From positions 62,001-126,000 of the forward strand of contig CBFDEM010000008.1 of NCBI GenBank assembly GCA_965603825.1: 64,000 nt of DNA, read 5' to 3'. The notes beneath the pieces were generated by a model that worked only from the letters and a program-made list of their open reading frames with translations, was not told the origin of the DNA and made no database searches. Source of the stretch: Blepharisma stoltei ATCC 30299 (taxonomy: Eukaryota > Protista > Ciliophora). Positions 35,901 to 49,904 of this stretch are shown piece by piece. Every line of letters begins with the position of its first letter. Positions within the stretch are counted from its first letter, which is position 1. A program made the translations under genes and the position numbers.

Positions 35901-38900
35901 CATCAACATTGTAAATATCATAGGAATTGGAGTATTTGACCAAAGACTTAATGCGAGTGAAATTTCGGAATTTCCAGAAATGCATTTATTAGGGGTTTAT
36001 AGCACTTATTTTAGCAAGTATAGTATCATGAATTATACTTTTCAAGGTCTTTTGCATGCGGGGATTATATCGATTTTCCTAAATTATGGGTTTTTTGATA
36101 TCATGAATGACAGAGGGTATGCCGAAAATCATCTGCTTATGGAAGGTGTAGCTTTTATAGTAGCTTCTATAATAGTCCAAGGAATAACTATATTAGAAAC
36201 AAGCAGCCACAGCTATTATACAGTAGCTACTCAGATTATTTCTTTCATTATTTTTTTGATATATATTATCACGAATTCTTATACTGATACTGAGTATTAT
36301 GGGTTTTTAAGAATGATTTTTTCCTCAGGAAGACTTGTTATTTATCTTTGTCTCGCGATTTTGTTATGTCTAGTAATTTCATATGCTATGAATGTATATT
36401 TAGAGCTGTTTTCGCCTTCCCTAATCAATTTTATTAACGCTATCAAAGTCAGGCTATTTAATTTTGAAATTATTTCAAGAATAAATCAATATGACTGCAA
36501 GCTTGAAAGTGTGTATAAGGACAAGAAAAAGTCAAAATTAGAAACAAATATTGAGTCTTTTGATATAAATCCCCTCACGCTTAATTTTAAGTCGTCTTCT
36601 AAACAGTCTGAATATAATGAAGGGAAATATTTATCAAGGCTAAAACATTACCGAATATTAGTGGTAATCACCTTATTTATATTTATATTAGCTACTACAA
36701 GTGGCTATACGAGCTCTATAGGCGCTTTAGTTGTATTTATGGTATTAAATGCCTCATTTTTGGTTTTTACCTGGACGAAATCCTTTAGAAAATTTATCAG
36801 AATTTTTGTTATGTCGTATTATGTCGCTGTACAAGTTATTGTGCTAGTTACAGTCATTTTGACAAAATTTAACTTGCTGGTCCTAACACCTTTATATCCT
36901 TTGTTATATGCTTTGGCATTTAATATAGAATGGCCGGTGCAAATTGTATGCAATGTTATAAGTACCATTATAATTCTTATCAAAACGGTTATTGTTTATA
37001 ATAAGTGATTTGATAATACTGACCTTGCAGTAATATCTATCCAATATTTCATCCTATGGATTTCAATAGAGATTACTGCTATAATTGTGGCTTATAGCTT
37101 GGAAAATGCGAGCTTAAAAGAATTTATATTGATAAGAACAGTTCGTACTGAAATGATCAAAGCTAAAGATGTCCTAGAACTGCTACTCCCTAAATTTGTG
37201 GTAAAAAGGGTTAAAGAAGGTATCAGGTATATTTCTGACGACCAAGGGATTGTAAGTGTCCTGTTCTGCAACATCTGTGATTTTGATCAAATAATTAATG
37301 ACTACACTCCTCAGGAAATTACTAACTTGCTAGACGAAGTCTACGGAAAGCTTGACCAGCTCTGTGAACTTGTAGGTGTGACTAAAATAGAAACAGTCGG
37401 AAAAACCTATATGGCATGCGCAGGGCTGAAAGATAGCGAAACTGAGCTTGATTATTCCTTAAGATCAGTTTCCCACACAAGAAGAGTCATAGAAATGGGC
37501 ATAGAAATCATCAATTACACTCAAAAAATCATGCTGAGAAGCGGTGACCCTATTCACGTACAAATTGGAATAAATAGTGGTCCAGTGACTGCAGGGGTTG
37601 TAGGTGCCCATAAGCCCCAATTTTCACTTGTAGGAGATACTGTAAACACTGCAAGCAGGATGGCATCAACTTTAAAGATTAAGGACGCTATACAGATTTC
37701 TATGTCTACTTATGAGTTATTGTCTAATAGAAAAGGACTGTCTTTTATACCACAAAATGTATATGCTAAAGGAAAAGGGAATATAGATACATTTTTAGTA
37801 AAAGCTGATACCAGCCCTGAATCTCTTCTTCCAGACGCAACCCCAAAGCGAGACTCTTTTAGAGCTACAAATAGCTTAATGCCCACAATTAGTATGCACG
37901 TATCAAGCTTTTGTGACCCTGATATCGCAGAGTTATCCCCATCAGAACGACGAAGATTAAGCAGTGGAAGAATTTCAGACACAGGAGTTGAAGAAAGAGA
38001 CAGGCTGTTTGAAAAGAAAGAAACTGAGCTGGTTGATAAAATGAAAATAATTTCGTTTAAACAGACAAATCAAGAGAAAATATTCAGAAAAGCAATTATG
38101 GAGGATAATTATATAAATTTGAGAATAGGCCTGCTATGGGGAATTATCGCTGGTATTTTATCTTTTATAATACAAATCGTATGAGTCGCTACAGATACTT
38201 GGAACACTCTTTTTTTCTTGATATTTTTCCCAATAGAATCAATAGGATTTTTGATATTTTTGATTTTCCTTAAAAAGTACCATACAAAACAATGGTACAC
38301 TTTTACCTTGCAAGTTTGCTTTATGCTTTGCTTAGCAATTTTGATAATAGTCAGTATATATGTAGATTCAAACTTGCATAGCCTTATAAGTATTTGTTCA
38401 TTATACCATATAATGCTGCTTACCCACGTATCATCTCTTCTATACGTCCCAACTGTAATTTTTTCAGCAATAATCATATTGGGCTGGCTGATTTCAGAAG
38501 AATTTGTAGATGTCACCAATGTTTTTTTAGATGAAACTATTTTTATGATTTTTTTTACTGTTGTTTGCTTAATCTCTCTATATTTCCGAATCAAAAGATT
38601 ATGGACTTACAGCAGCCTGCGCACAAATTCTCAGAATGAGCTAAATACTATAGAAGAGCTGGTAAATAAAATGATGCCTAGACATGCTTATATGAATTTA
38701 AAAGATAAACAATCAGTGACTGACAGGTTTTCACAGGTGACTATTTTATATGCTGATATTGTTGGATTTACAGCGTGGTCGAGTGATAAATCTCCTGAAG
38801 AAATCCTTGGGATGCTTTATGAGCTGTTTTCTAGGTTTGATAATTTGTGTGTAGCCCATAATGTATATAAAGTCCATACCATAGGAGATTGTTATGTAGC

Positions 38901-39291
38901 AATGGGAAATTCTGGGAATGAAGTCAGGGATCCAGGTCAAGAATGTGTCAATATGGTAGAATTCGCCCAATCAATGATAAAAGTGATACAAGAAGTCAAC
39001 GAAATCAACGGAATCCAGCTGAATATGAGGATTGGGATGCATACCGGCGACGTTATAGGTGGAATTATTGGTGGCTACATCGTCAGATATGATATTTACG
39101 GCGCAGGAGTCTTAGTCGCTAACCTTATGGAAAGCAACGGCATCCCAGGTAAAATTGCAGTCAGCGAGGTAACCCAAATGCTCCTAAAACGATTCCGGCC
39201 CTCAAAGTATCAATATGAGCACCTAGGAGAAGTAAACGTACCAATTCTCTTGCGAAGTTTTAATATTTATGCAATTAGTGATTCTATATAA
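32929..39291 (+). CDS. P4-ATPase-guanylyl cyclase fusion (alveolate GC type), paralog 1, ~2120 aa
   Basis: Seven track ORFs share one frame and are split only by TGA. Flippase motifs NEIRSSRYNFWTFLP, ENLGQIEYLLADKTGTLT, AGIKIWILSGD and LAIGD. Two class III cyclase domains (KIETVGKTY..GDTVNTASRM; LYADIVGFT..TIGDCY), each preceded by a TM bundle. Confidence 0.93.
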
Positions 39292-39363
39292 CCAGCTTCT
39301 AATCTTTTTTTAATAAATTTGTAAGTTACACTATGGCAAGCCATCTACTTAATAACAAAGTTA

Positions 39364-42300
39364 ATGAATAAAATCCCTACGCACAAAAAACAGGACCCTG
39401 ATACTGAAGATTGGCGCTTAATTGAGCTGCAGTTAAAGTCCCAAATAACTTCTTCAATCTACAAGTCCAATAAAGTCACATCAGCCCGATATACATTCTT
39501 TACTTTTCTGCCTCTTAACTTATTTGATCAGTTTATGAGACCATCGAATATATGGTTCTTATATGTTTCTATACTAGAACTTTCAGTTCTTTCAGATCAA
39601 GAGAGATGATTTTATGGGACATCGATACCTTTGCTTATACTTTTAGTCCTAACTGCTATAAAAGACGCAATAAGCGATTATCAACGAAGTAAAGGAGATG
39701 GCAAAACAAATAATGAGCAACATTTAGTTTGAAATGGAAACTCATTCAGCCCTACAAAGAGCGAAGATATTCTAGTTGGGCAAGTTGTGCTACTACAAAA
39801 CAAGGAAAAAGCGCCTGCAGATTTAATTTTGTTTTGCTCAGGGTCTCCAAATTTTTATTGCTATTTGGATACTTCAGGAATTTTAGGTGAGCGAGATTTA
39901 AAAATTAAATCAGCTGTAAGAGAATTACAGACTTTAATTGACGTATCTGACGTAAACGAAGCCTCAGCATATTTAAAACTCATAAATGGCCAAATCAAAG
40001 TTCAAGCTCCTAATAAAGATTTTTCTTCCTTTTCAGGAAAACTTATACTGGAAAATTCCCCGAAAGCTTCTAATATAACTATTGATAATTTCATATTCAG
40101 AGGAGCAAAAATTTGTAACACCCCATGGATTTTTGGATTAGTGGTTTATACAGGCAGTGAAGGAAAAACTTGGAAAATGAAAAAAAGCTATATAAGAAAA
40201 TCCTCGGTCATTGAAAAACAGGTCAATAAAATTGTGATAATTCTGATAGGAATTGTTTTAATTTTGTCACTTTTTGAAGCTTTAATGGCGACTTATAATT
40301 CTGATTTTGATTATGAGAATCATGGGCATTATATTTTCTTTAAATTTAATTCAATTTTCAGTCAGTTAGTTCCTTTGCCATTATTTGTAATTATTGATCT
40401 TGTAAGATGAATCAGAGGATGAAGAATTGAAAAAGAAAAAGGCGGAATTCAGTTCAAAACCAGTGATATTCATGAAAACTTAGGCCAAATAGAATACTTG
40501 CTAACTGATAAAACAGGCACTTTAACCCAAGACAATTTAACGGTCCAACTTTGCATTGTTGGAGATAATGACTACTGAGAAGGCACAGGCTCAGCAGATG
40601 AGCTTCGAAGAGTAGGAAGAGTTGAAACCCGGATCAATAATTATCAAACTGAACGCCCATTCATAGAAAATGACTCTTTTGTTAGTGCCACCCACACTTC
40701 ATTTCAACGTAAAAGTATTGTCGACCTCAAAGCTGATTTTCTTGCAGACCAAACTGATGAAATGACCCATTATTTCACTTGTTTTGCTTTATGTAATATG
40801 GCATTTCCCTTAGAATATGGAGACTACCTCACAACTGTGGCTGAGGACAAAATTTTACTCGAAATGTCAAAAATCGTCGGAGTTAGCCTCACCTCCAGAG
40901 ACTCTTATAAATGTAAAATAAATATCCTTGACCAAACCAAAGAATATCTAATATGAGGCCTCCAAGATGCATCCCGAGAAAACAAAAGGACTAGAATCGT
41001 CGTACAAAATTCACGATCAGATGAAGTTTTAATTTACGTAAAAGGCTCCTTAGACGCTATGCTAGAAATTTTAAAAGACCCTCACGATAAGCTGCCATTT
41101 TTAGAAAACATTCTTAAAGAGCAGTCTACAAGCAGTTTACAATTTATAGTAGCTGGATACAGAGTACTAAAACATAGAGAAGCCCAAGAGTTTAAGCTTG
41201 GCTTAAGAAATGCCAAACAGTGCCCCGTGAACTCAGAGCGAAGAATTGAATCAGTTTTCGAAGAAATTGAAATTGGGGTAAATTACCTTGGCTGTGTCGG
41301 AATTCAAGAAGAAATTCGAGAAGACACCAAAAATACAGTCAAAATATTGCGAAATGCAGGGATAAAACTGTGAATTTTAAGTGGGGATTCTGAAGAAAGT
41401 ACCATAAGCGCAGGCATAGGGTCGTCAGCTATACAAGAACACTATGAAATTATCAGGCTTTGTCAGCCGGCGTCAGAGGTGGAGTGTTATACGATGCTGC
41501 AGGAGGCATTGGATAGTACGCTATTTAAAGATAACAGTTTGAAGAAAAACAGCAGCAAAGATGTGTTTAAAGAGTCAGGGCCACTGAGGACGCCACCTGA
41601 GTCACCTATGCAGAGTGCCCAGGATTATGAGTATGAATCGTCTATGACTGATAAAGATAATGCACATTTAAAACATTTGGAGACTGCAAGGGAGCCTTCT
41701 TTACCAACACTAAACCAAAGAGCGCATAGGCTAAGTAATGAGCTGTCTCTTAAAAGAGGATCAATAAACCCACTGATATCAAAACTGACTAGCTTTTCAA
41801 ATGCTCCAATTATTGATATAAATAGACCTTTTTCTGTCGGAGATTTGAGTTTTGTGCTTTCTGTTGATAAAAAAACCTTAGATCTTTGCCTTGGAAATCC
41901 TAGTTGCAGAAAATTATTAGTTATCCTTTTATTTACATCACAGTCCGCATGCTTTCATTCACTGCTCCCTGATGACAAAACCAAAGTTGCAAAGCTACTA
42001 AAGCAAAATTTTTCATTTAAGCCAGCATTTTTAGCAATTGGGGACAGTGAAAGTGATGTAGGAATGATCCAAGAAGCACATGTAGGCATTGGGATTATGG
42101 GAAATGAAGGAGTGCAAGCAGCCAATGCAAGCGATATTGTAATAAAACAGTTTTCGGACTTGACAAGACTAATTTTATGTGAAGGGCATTGGTCTTATTC
42201 AAATATATCCAAAATTATCTTGATTATTTGGTATAAAAGTGTCTTTATTATTTCGCTGATTTTTTTCTTCTCACTTTTGGATGAATATTCTGGAGCTTTA

Positions 42301-45300
42301 ATTGATGCTTTAAGCTTGGGGTATTATATAATGGTACTAAACATTGCAAATCTAATAGGGATGGGCGTATTTGACCAACAATTAACTGGAAATGAAATTG
42401 CTGAGTACCCAGAAATGCATTCGTCTGGAGTTTATAGTACTTTTTTTAATAGTTACTATATTTTTAATTATTGTCTTCAAGGTGTTGGCCATGCAGGAAT
42501 TTTGACGATTTTTTTAAGATTTGGAGTAACTGATATAGTAAAAGATGCTGGGTATACAGAAAATTTATTAATCCTTAGATGTATAACCATAATATTAGCA
42601 ACAATGATGGTTCAAGCACTTTCTATACTAGAAACAAATAGTTATTGCAAAAAAACTTTGGCTTTTCAAGTAGTCTCATTTGGTATTTTTGTTGTTGTTT
42701 TGATTGCTTATTCTTTTGATTCTCCAATGTTCGATTTATATGGATTTCTTTCAATGATTTTTTCATCCCCAAGATTGATTGTTAGCATGATTATGCTCTT
42801 TTTTATATTTTTTTTGATTTCTTATACAGTAAAGACATACTCCGCTCTTTTTGCGCCAACTTTGATTGATTTTATTAATGCACTTAAAATCAGGGTTTTT
42901 GATTTTGAAATTATATCAAGGGTAAACCAATACGAAAATAAGCTAGAAAAAGTATTCAAAGGCACAAGCAAATATAAAGCTGAAGTGGATTCAGAGCTTT
43001 TTGAAATAAATTTATTTATGCTTCACTTTAAATCACCTTTGCGAAGAGAAGAATACAATAAAGGAAAATATATGTCAAGACTAAAGCCTTACAGACTATT
43101 TATTGCATTTATTACGATATTTGCAATAATAGCATTAATTGTTCATTTTGCAAGAGAGGAAAGCAATATAATGGTAGGCACTGAAATTATAATTACCCTT
43201 TGTCTTTCTATCGGTTATCTTATTATAAGCTGGTCAAAATATTTTATAAATAATTTGCGATGCTTCATAATTGCTTATTATCTTATCATACTATTTATTG
43301 CATTAACAGCTACATATGAAGTCTATGTCAAAAATGCTACAATTGAAGCTGTCTATCCTTTGACTTTTTTATTAGCTTTTAATGTTGACTGAATAATCCA
43401 AGTCGTCTGTAATTGTATAATTACTATTTTTGTCATATTAAAAGTCTCAAGGCTATTTGATTCAACTTTTAGCAGTGTAGATTTGACAGTAACTGCTGTT
43501 CAATATATGATTTTTTGGCTTACTATTGATATTGCATGCTTAATTGTAGCCTATAATATAGAACTGTCAAGCTTAAATGAATTTATTTTAATTAAAAAGG
43601 TAAGAACTGAGATGCTTAAGGCCAAAGACGTGCTGGAGCTCCTGATGCCAAAATTCGTATTAAAAAGGGTAAAAGACGGAATCAGATATATTGCAGATGA
43701 CCAAGGAATTGTAAGCGTTTTATTCTGCAATATATGCGATTTCGATTTAATTACTATTGATTTCACGCCTCAAGAAATTACTTCTATGCTCGATGATATT
43801 TATGGAAAATTTGACCAGCTCTGCGAATTAGTAGGAGTCACTAAAATTGAGACAGTAGGGAAAACCTATATGGCTTGTGCTGGTCTAAAGGATAGCGAGT
43901 CCGAGCTAGACACAAATTTCAGATCAGTCCCACATGCCAGAAGAGTTATTGAAATGGGGATAGAAATCATCAATTGTGTCCAAAAAATGACTACTAGAAA
44001 CGGCGAACCCCTACACGTCCAAATCGGAATCAACAGTGGTCCAGTTACCGCAGGTGTAGTCGGAGCCCACAAGCCTCAATATTCTCTTGTCGGAGACACT
44101 GTAAACACAGCCAGCCGAATGGCAACCACCTTAAAAGACAAAAACGCTATACAAATATCAAACTCCACCTATGAGCTCCTAGGTAATAAACGCGGTCTGT
44201 TATTTATCCCTCAAATTGTATATGCAAAAGGTAAAGGAAATATGGAAACTTTTATTGTAAAAGTTGACAATATACCCCCAGAAGGACTTTTAACTGATTT
44301 TACTAGGCGAGGAGATACTGTAAAAACAACACTTTCGCTGTTTATGTCAGGGTCGATGCTGATGCCTACCATAAGTATGCACGTTTCAAGCTTCAGCGAT
44401 TTGCCATCACCTGGGCTGATAACTATGGAAACTAAAAAAACTAGTGGATTATACACAAATTTGATTAATGGAGAAAAAGAAAAAGTTTTCAAGAAAAAAG
44501 AAACAAGTCTAGAAAAAATGAGCGTGATCTCTTTCAAATGCTATGAAACTGAAGAAGAAGCTGCCTTCAGAAAGCTGACTTTAGAAGATAACTATATTAA
44601 TTTAAATAGTGAGCTTATACTAGGACTTCTTTCAGATTCCTGCTCACTTATTATCCAAATTGTATGGGTTGCTACTGACAATTATAACACTTTGTTTTTT
44701 ATTGTCTATTTTCCTTTTGAAATTGCTGGGTTTTTGCTTTTATTGTGGCTATTAAATGAAAATTACAAAGAAAAATGGTATGCATGATGTCTTCAGCTTT
44801 TTTTTGCTTTGGGGTCATTAAGCTTTATTTTGGCAAGTGTGTGGCTTGAAAATGATTTAAACCAATTAGTTGGGCTTGGGGCACTAATCCATATAATGCT
44901 ACTTACACATGGGTCAATGATTTTTTTTGGACATATAATAGCATTTGCAGTGCTTGCAACACTTGGATGGATTGTTGCAGGAATTTTTGTGGATATTCCT
45001 GATATTGTCCTGCGCCAGACCATTTATATGGTCGGATTTGTGGTTTTATGCTTAGTTACCTTATATTACAGGGTCAAAAAATTATGGACATATAGCCACT
45101 TGCGGACAAATTCCCAGAATGAACTAAATACTATAGAAGAGCTGGTAAATAAAATGATGCCACCTCACGCATATATGAATTTAAAAGATAAACACTCAGT
45201 GACTGATAGGTTTTCACAAGTGACTATTTTGTATGCAGATATTGTTGGGTTTACAGCGTGGTCTAGTGATAAAGCTCCTGATGAAATCCTTGGGATGCTT

Positions 45301-45777
45301 TATGAGCTGTTTTCTAGGTTTGATAATTTGTGCCTTGTGCATAATGTTTATAAGGTTCATACCATTGGGGATTGTTATGTAGCTATGGGGTATACAGGAA
45401 ATACTAAAAATAGAGATCCAGGCCAGGAATGTGTGAATATGGTTGAATTTGCTCAGGCAATGATAAATATCATACAAGAAGTAAATGAAATAAATGGTAT
45501 CAATTTAAATATGAGAATTGGAATGCACACTGGAGATGTAATAGGAGGAATCATTGGAAGATACATTGTAAGATATGATATTTATGGCTCTGGCGTTCTC
45601 GTTGCGAATTTAATGGAAAGTAATGGAATCCCTGGAGAAATCGCCATCAGTGAAGTCACACAAATGCTACTGAAGAGATTCCGCCCTTCAAAATACACCT
45701 TTCAGCACGTCAACGAAATAAATGTTCCAGTTTTACAAAGAAGTTATAAAATATATACAATTCACAACTCTTTATAA
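39364..45777 (+). CDS. P4-ATPase-guanylyl cyclase fusion, paralog 2, ~2137 aa
   Basis: Collinear with paralog 1, with TDKTGTLT and the same two cyclase domains. Single frame with TGA=Trp. Confidence 0.93.
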
Positions 45778-45783
45778 TAAATC

Positions 45784-48618
45784 ATGATACCTTTAATAGT
45801 TTTAATCACAGTTTTAGCATCAGTCAGCGCGACGATTGTCCATCTAATTCCTCATTCTCACCTGGATTTAGGCTGGCTACGTACAGAAGACCAATATTTT
45901 TATGGCTGTGGTGGAGATCCCAATAATGTTTATCTGATAATTAGTGAAATTGTTAGTGCTTTAACAGTGGACTATGAAAGAAGAGCTGTTTTAGCTGAAA
46001 TTGGGTTTTTAAAAAAATGATGGGATTTGCAAACCCCTGCAATGAAAAATCAGATGAAAATTTTGATTAAAACTGGGAGATTGGAAATTGTGAATGGAGG
46101 GTGAAGCATGCCTGATGAAGCTTGTACAAATTATATGGATCTGCAGGAAAATTTTGTTATTGGGCATGAATTTATGAGAGAAGAGTTTGGAATTACTCCT
46201 AAAATTGGGTATCAGATTGATAATTTTGGCCATTCTGCAACCTTTGCAGAAATGCTTATAGAAATGGGCTATCAAGGGCTGGTTTTATCCCGAATTCATT
46301 ATCATGACAAAAAAGAGCGAACAGCCAACAAAGAACTAGAATTTACATGGCACCCTTCAAGCACTGAAAAAGGGATTTTTACTCATATTCTTTACAATCA
46401 TTATTCTTCCCCTAAATCCTTGCATTTTGAAGGCCTTTGAATTGACAATAGTTTTATTACAGACAAAGAAAGCAGCTGTTATACAGCAGAAATCATCATG
46501 AAAGATCTGCAAAATCACGTCAAAGGGATGGCAGAAGCTTACAAAAGTGACCATATTATGCTGTTTATAGGGGATGATTTTACATTAAGTTCTGCAGAAA
46601 GGACGTTTGGGAGCTTAGACCTTATGATAAATTATGTGAAAATTCACCCTGAATATGAGATGGAACTGAGATATAGCACAATTTCTCAGTATTTTGCAGA
46701 GATTTATAAAACAAAAGAAAGCTGGAGTTGTTATAAGGATGATTTTTTCCCGTATGCAGATTATCCTTATTCATATTGGACTGGGTATTATTCATCAAGA
46801 CCTTCGCTTAAGCTGCAGATTAAGAAATTTGCTGATTATGTAAGAGCGACCGAGAGGCTGGTTGCTCATTCTTCGTTGAATTATTATCAAAATTTCACAA
46901 AGGAGATTACTCTCAATAGAGTAAATAAATTGAAGCCACTTAGGGAATATTTAGCTCTGCTTCAGCACCATGATGCGATTACTGGAACTGCGAGACTTGA
47001 AGTGTCTCGAAATTATGCGAAAAAAATTACTAAATTGGAAGACTCAGTAATCCATTTATATGAAGAATCTTTGGAAAATTCTGTTAACTCTCTTGTAAGG
47101 TGCCAATTAAATTCGACAATTTGCCCTGTCCTAAAAGACCTTGAAACTGATAAAACCCCGGTAAAATTAATTGTCTATAACCCTAAATACATCCACACTT
47201 TCGAAATATTAGAAATCCCTATAAGCACCCCAAACATCCAAATAACTGACGAAGACAAAAATCTCCTCGATATACAAATTCTTCATGATCCCAGCCCATT
47301 TTTCAACACAGAAACCTCAATTGGTCGCTATTTATTGCTTCTTCCTATAAGTATTCAAGCCCTCTGTATCAGAACTTTTACAATATCCTTATCAGACTAT
47401 TCATCATCAGTACTAGAATATTCCCTTATGGCAAAATCAGGAAGCATTTCTAACCAAGAGTATTTTATTGAATTTTCAACAAATAATTTTACAATAGTTC
47501 ATGATAATAAAGAAATTAATATTATGATGAATTATGAGTATTATTCACCTAATATTGGGGATGAGTATGATGGGCAATCTTCAGGAATTTATATATTTAG
47601 GCCTGGATCTCCTCATTATGTAAGCACAGCACTTTGCCAGTTTAAAAATTTTAAAGTTATTAATACACAATGGGTAGAAAGAATATACTTTAAATGCGGA
47701 AGTGAGGCAGCTACAAAGATTACACTATGGAAAATTGGTGAAAATAAGCTTCCGAATATTGAGCATTATATTAAGCCTATAACTGATTTTGAGGGGAAAG
47801 AAATAATTGTGAGATATTACACAAATTGGCTACATGATGATACTTTTTTTATTGATTCAAATGGATTGAAAAATATTAATAAAACATGAAATGTCCATGG
47901 TGGACAAAAATTTGAAACTTTAGAGCCTATTGCAGGAAATTATTATGCTATTACTTCTCATATAGGATTTGAAAGCGGAAATAGGACTTTTGGAGTTATT
48001 GTAGATAGAACACAAGGTGGGACTGCTACACAGAATTTTAAAAAATCCTCAAAACATGGATCTGATGTAGAAATCATGCTTCTCAGGAAATGTTTAAGAG
48101 AAGATGGCCGTGGAATTGTTTTCCCTTTAATTGAAGTAGCTGAAGATGGGACAAATTTATTTGTTTTATCAGTCCATAAACTTTTTATTGAAAATTCGCC
48201 TAATAAAGCTTTTGAGTTACAAAAACAGTCAGAAAATCCTCTTCAATTATTTTTTGGGAAAGGGGAAGAATATTCGAAAAGGTATGTAATGGTCAATAAA
48301 GAAAATAATTTATTGCATATGAGGCTTAAGGATGCAAATACAGTTATAGTTAGGATTAGATGTGAGAGTGAAGATCAAGATTTCAATATGGCTGAGATTC
48401 TGAAAGATATTCTGCCTAATAGTGAAACAGCTAGAATAGGGCAGCTTGATTTAGCGGAAAATAAAGGATATGGCCAAGCTGCAGAAATGGTATGGGGAGA
48501 AGGTGGAAGCTGGCCTTATGATTATTTTTCGAAAGGAGAGAAAAGGTGGCAAAACATTGAGGATTTTAAATTCAGCTGTAAAGGGTTTCCATTAAAGTCA
48601 TTTGAAGTAAACTTTTAA
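45784..48618 (+). CDS. Lysosomal-type alpha-mannosidase (GH38)
   Basis: Signal peptide. Motifs VHLIPHSHLDLGWL, VNGG(TGA=W)SMPDEA, YQIDNFGHS, DDFFPYAD..YWTGYYSSRP, QHHDAITGT, SGIYIFRP and IAGNYY. Confidence 0.93.
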
Positions 48619-48771
48619 CAGAAATAAATACTTTATAAGAAAATTTATTGTTCTTTCTGATTAATATTTCTATTTTATTATAAGCATATTATAATTTTTC
48701 TTATTAATATAAGAAATCTTCAAAAATTAAATAAAATTAGCAAAAACTTCAAAAATTAAATAGAATATAAT

Positions 48772-49290
48772 TTATCACTCATTTATAAAGCAGGAATCAT
48801 CAAGCTCTGTGCGGCGACTCACATTATTTTCTAGCTTCACTGTAACAACGTTATCTCCAGGAGTTTGTGTAATTATCCCCATACCTTTTTCCTCTAAATA
48901 ATCGTGAGGAGTTTTTCCAGCCTAATTATTATATACCTTGTTAGGAATATTTTCTAATGCCCCTGCATCTAATAATAGCTTGTATAATTCACAATCCCTT
49001 TGCACAGCAGCAATATGCAATGGAGTTTCTCCATGGTCATCTTGGATATCTGTGTCAAATCCAAATTCAATCATAGATTTCACTATTGATTTTTTTCGAT
49101 TTCAAACAGCTAAATGGAGATAAGTCCAAGAATGCTGAATTTATATTACTCCTTGAAGTCGTGTGTGGATATCTTCGTTTTTAAATGAAAAATGATAATT
49201 ATTTAGCAAGATTGATTCTGAGACTTCTACTATCTAGATAGATCTTACTCGATTGTGTGGCTTGGCTGTTTGGTTACATCTATTACCCAT
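48772..49290 (-). CDS. Small ankyrin-repeat protein with three 15-nt introns; absent from the ORF track
   Basis: Start MGNRC. Ankyrin motifs WTYLHLAVW, GETPLHIAA and LLLDAGA..N..NK/AGKTPHD. Introns at 49234-49248, 49135-49149 and 48922-48936. Confidence 0.85.
48922..48936 (-). other. 15-nt spliceosomal intron
   Basis: GTATATAATAATTAG; removal restores the ankyrin NK-AGKTP spacing. Confidence 0.88.
49135..49149 (-). other. 15-nt spliceosomal intron
   Basis: GTAATATAAATTCAG; contains an in-frame TAA. Confidence 0.85.
49234..49248 (-). other. 15-nt spliceosomal intron
   Basis: GTAAGATCTATCTAG; contains an in-frame TAG. Confidence 0.82.
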
Positions 49291-49904
49291 TTATAAGTAG
49301 AAACGCACGTCCAAGTGTAAAATATTTATATTTGAATTTATAAGCAAACATATTGATATTTTTTATTTTAAAATTAATTGGCTTATTTTAAATATATCAT
49401 TGAAAATAGAAATAATTTAAATTTTTGCAGTTACTTGTTTATTTTCTCATGTTTTTAGCTATTTATAAGAAAAGAATTTTTTAATTTTATTTATTATACA
49501 TGCTGATAAGGTATTATTTGCTTACTTCACATCGCTAGTATCAAATATGCATAGAGAATCATCAAAAAACTACGCTTAAAAATTAAAAAATAAGTCAATT
49601 TTAAACTGATAAGATAAATTTATTTGCATTATACATTTTTGAAATCGATTTTATCTAAGAAAAAACACAAATTGAGCCTTTGCGATAAAACTTTTACTCT
49701 CTTTTGCTTGCAATCATATTCATTTTTGGGAGAGGCATATACTTCCATAAACCGATATTTTAAAAATTAAATAAAATAATTAACATTATTTTGCAATTGG
49801 ATATTTAAGAGGAATAGGGTTTAGTGCAAAGTTGGCGATGAAAATAAGATCAAAGCTGAAAAAAATTATATAAGGGTTCAGATAGTAATTAAGCAATAAA
49901 AATT

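Noticed and set aside
4561-47889. Selenocysteine decoding of TGA
   Set aside because: TGA aligns with Trp, not Cys, and occurs in non-redox proteins.
4375-48618. Apparent mass pseudogenisation or operon-like strings of short ORFs
   Set aside because: The fragments share a frame and are separated only by TGA at conserved Trp sites, so they are single genes.
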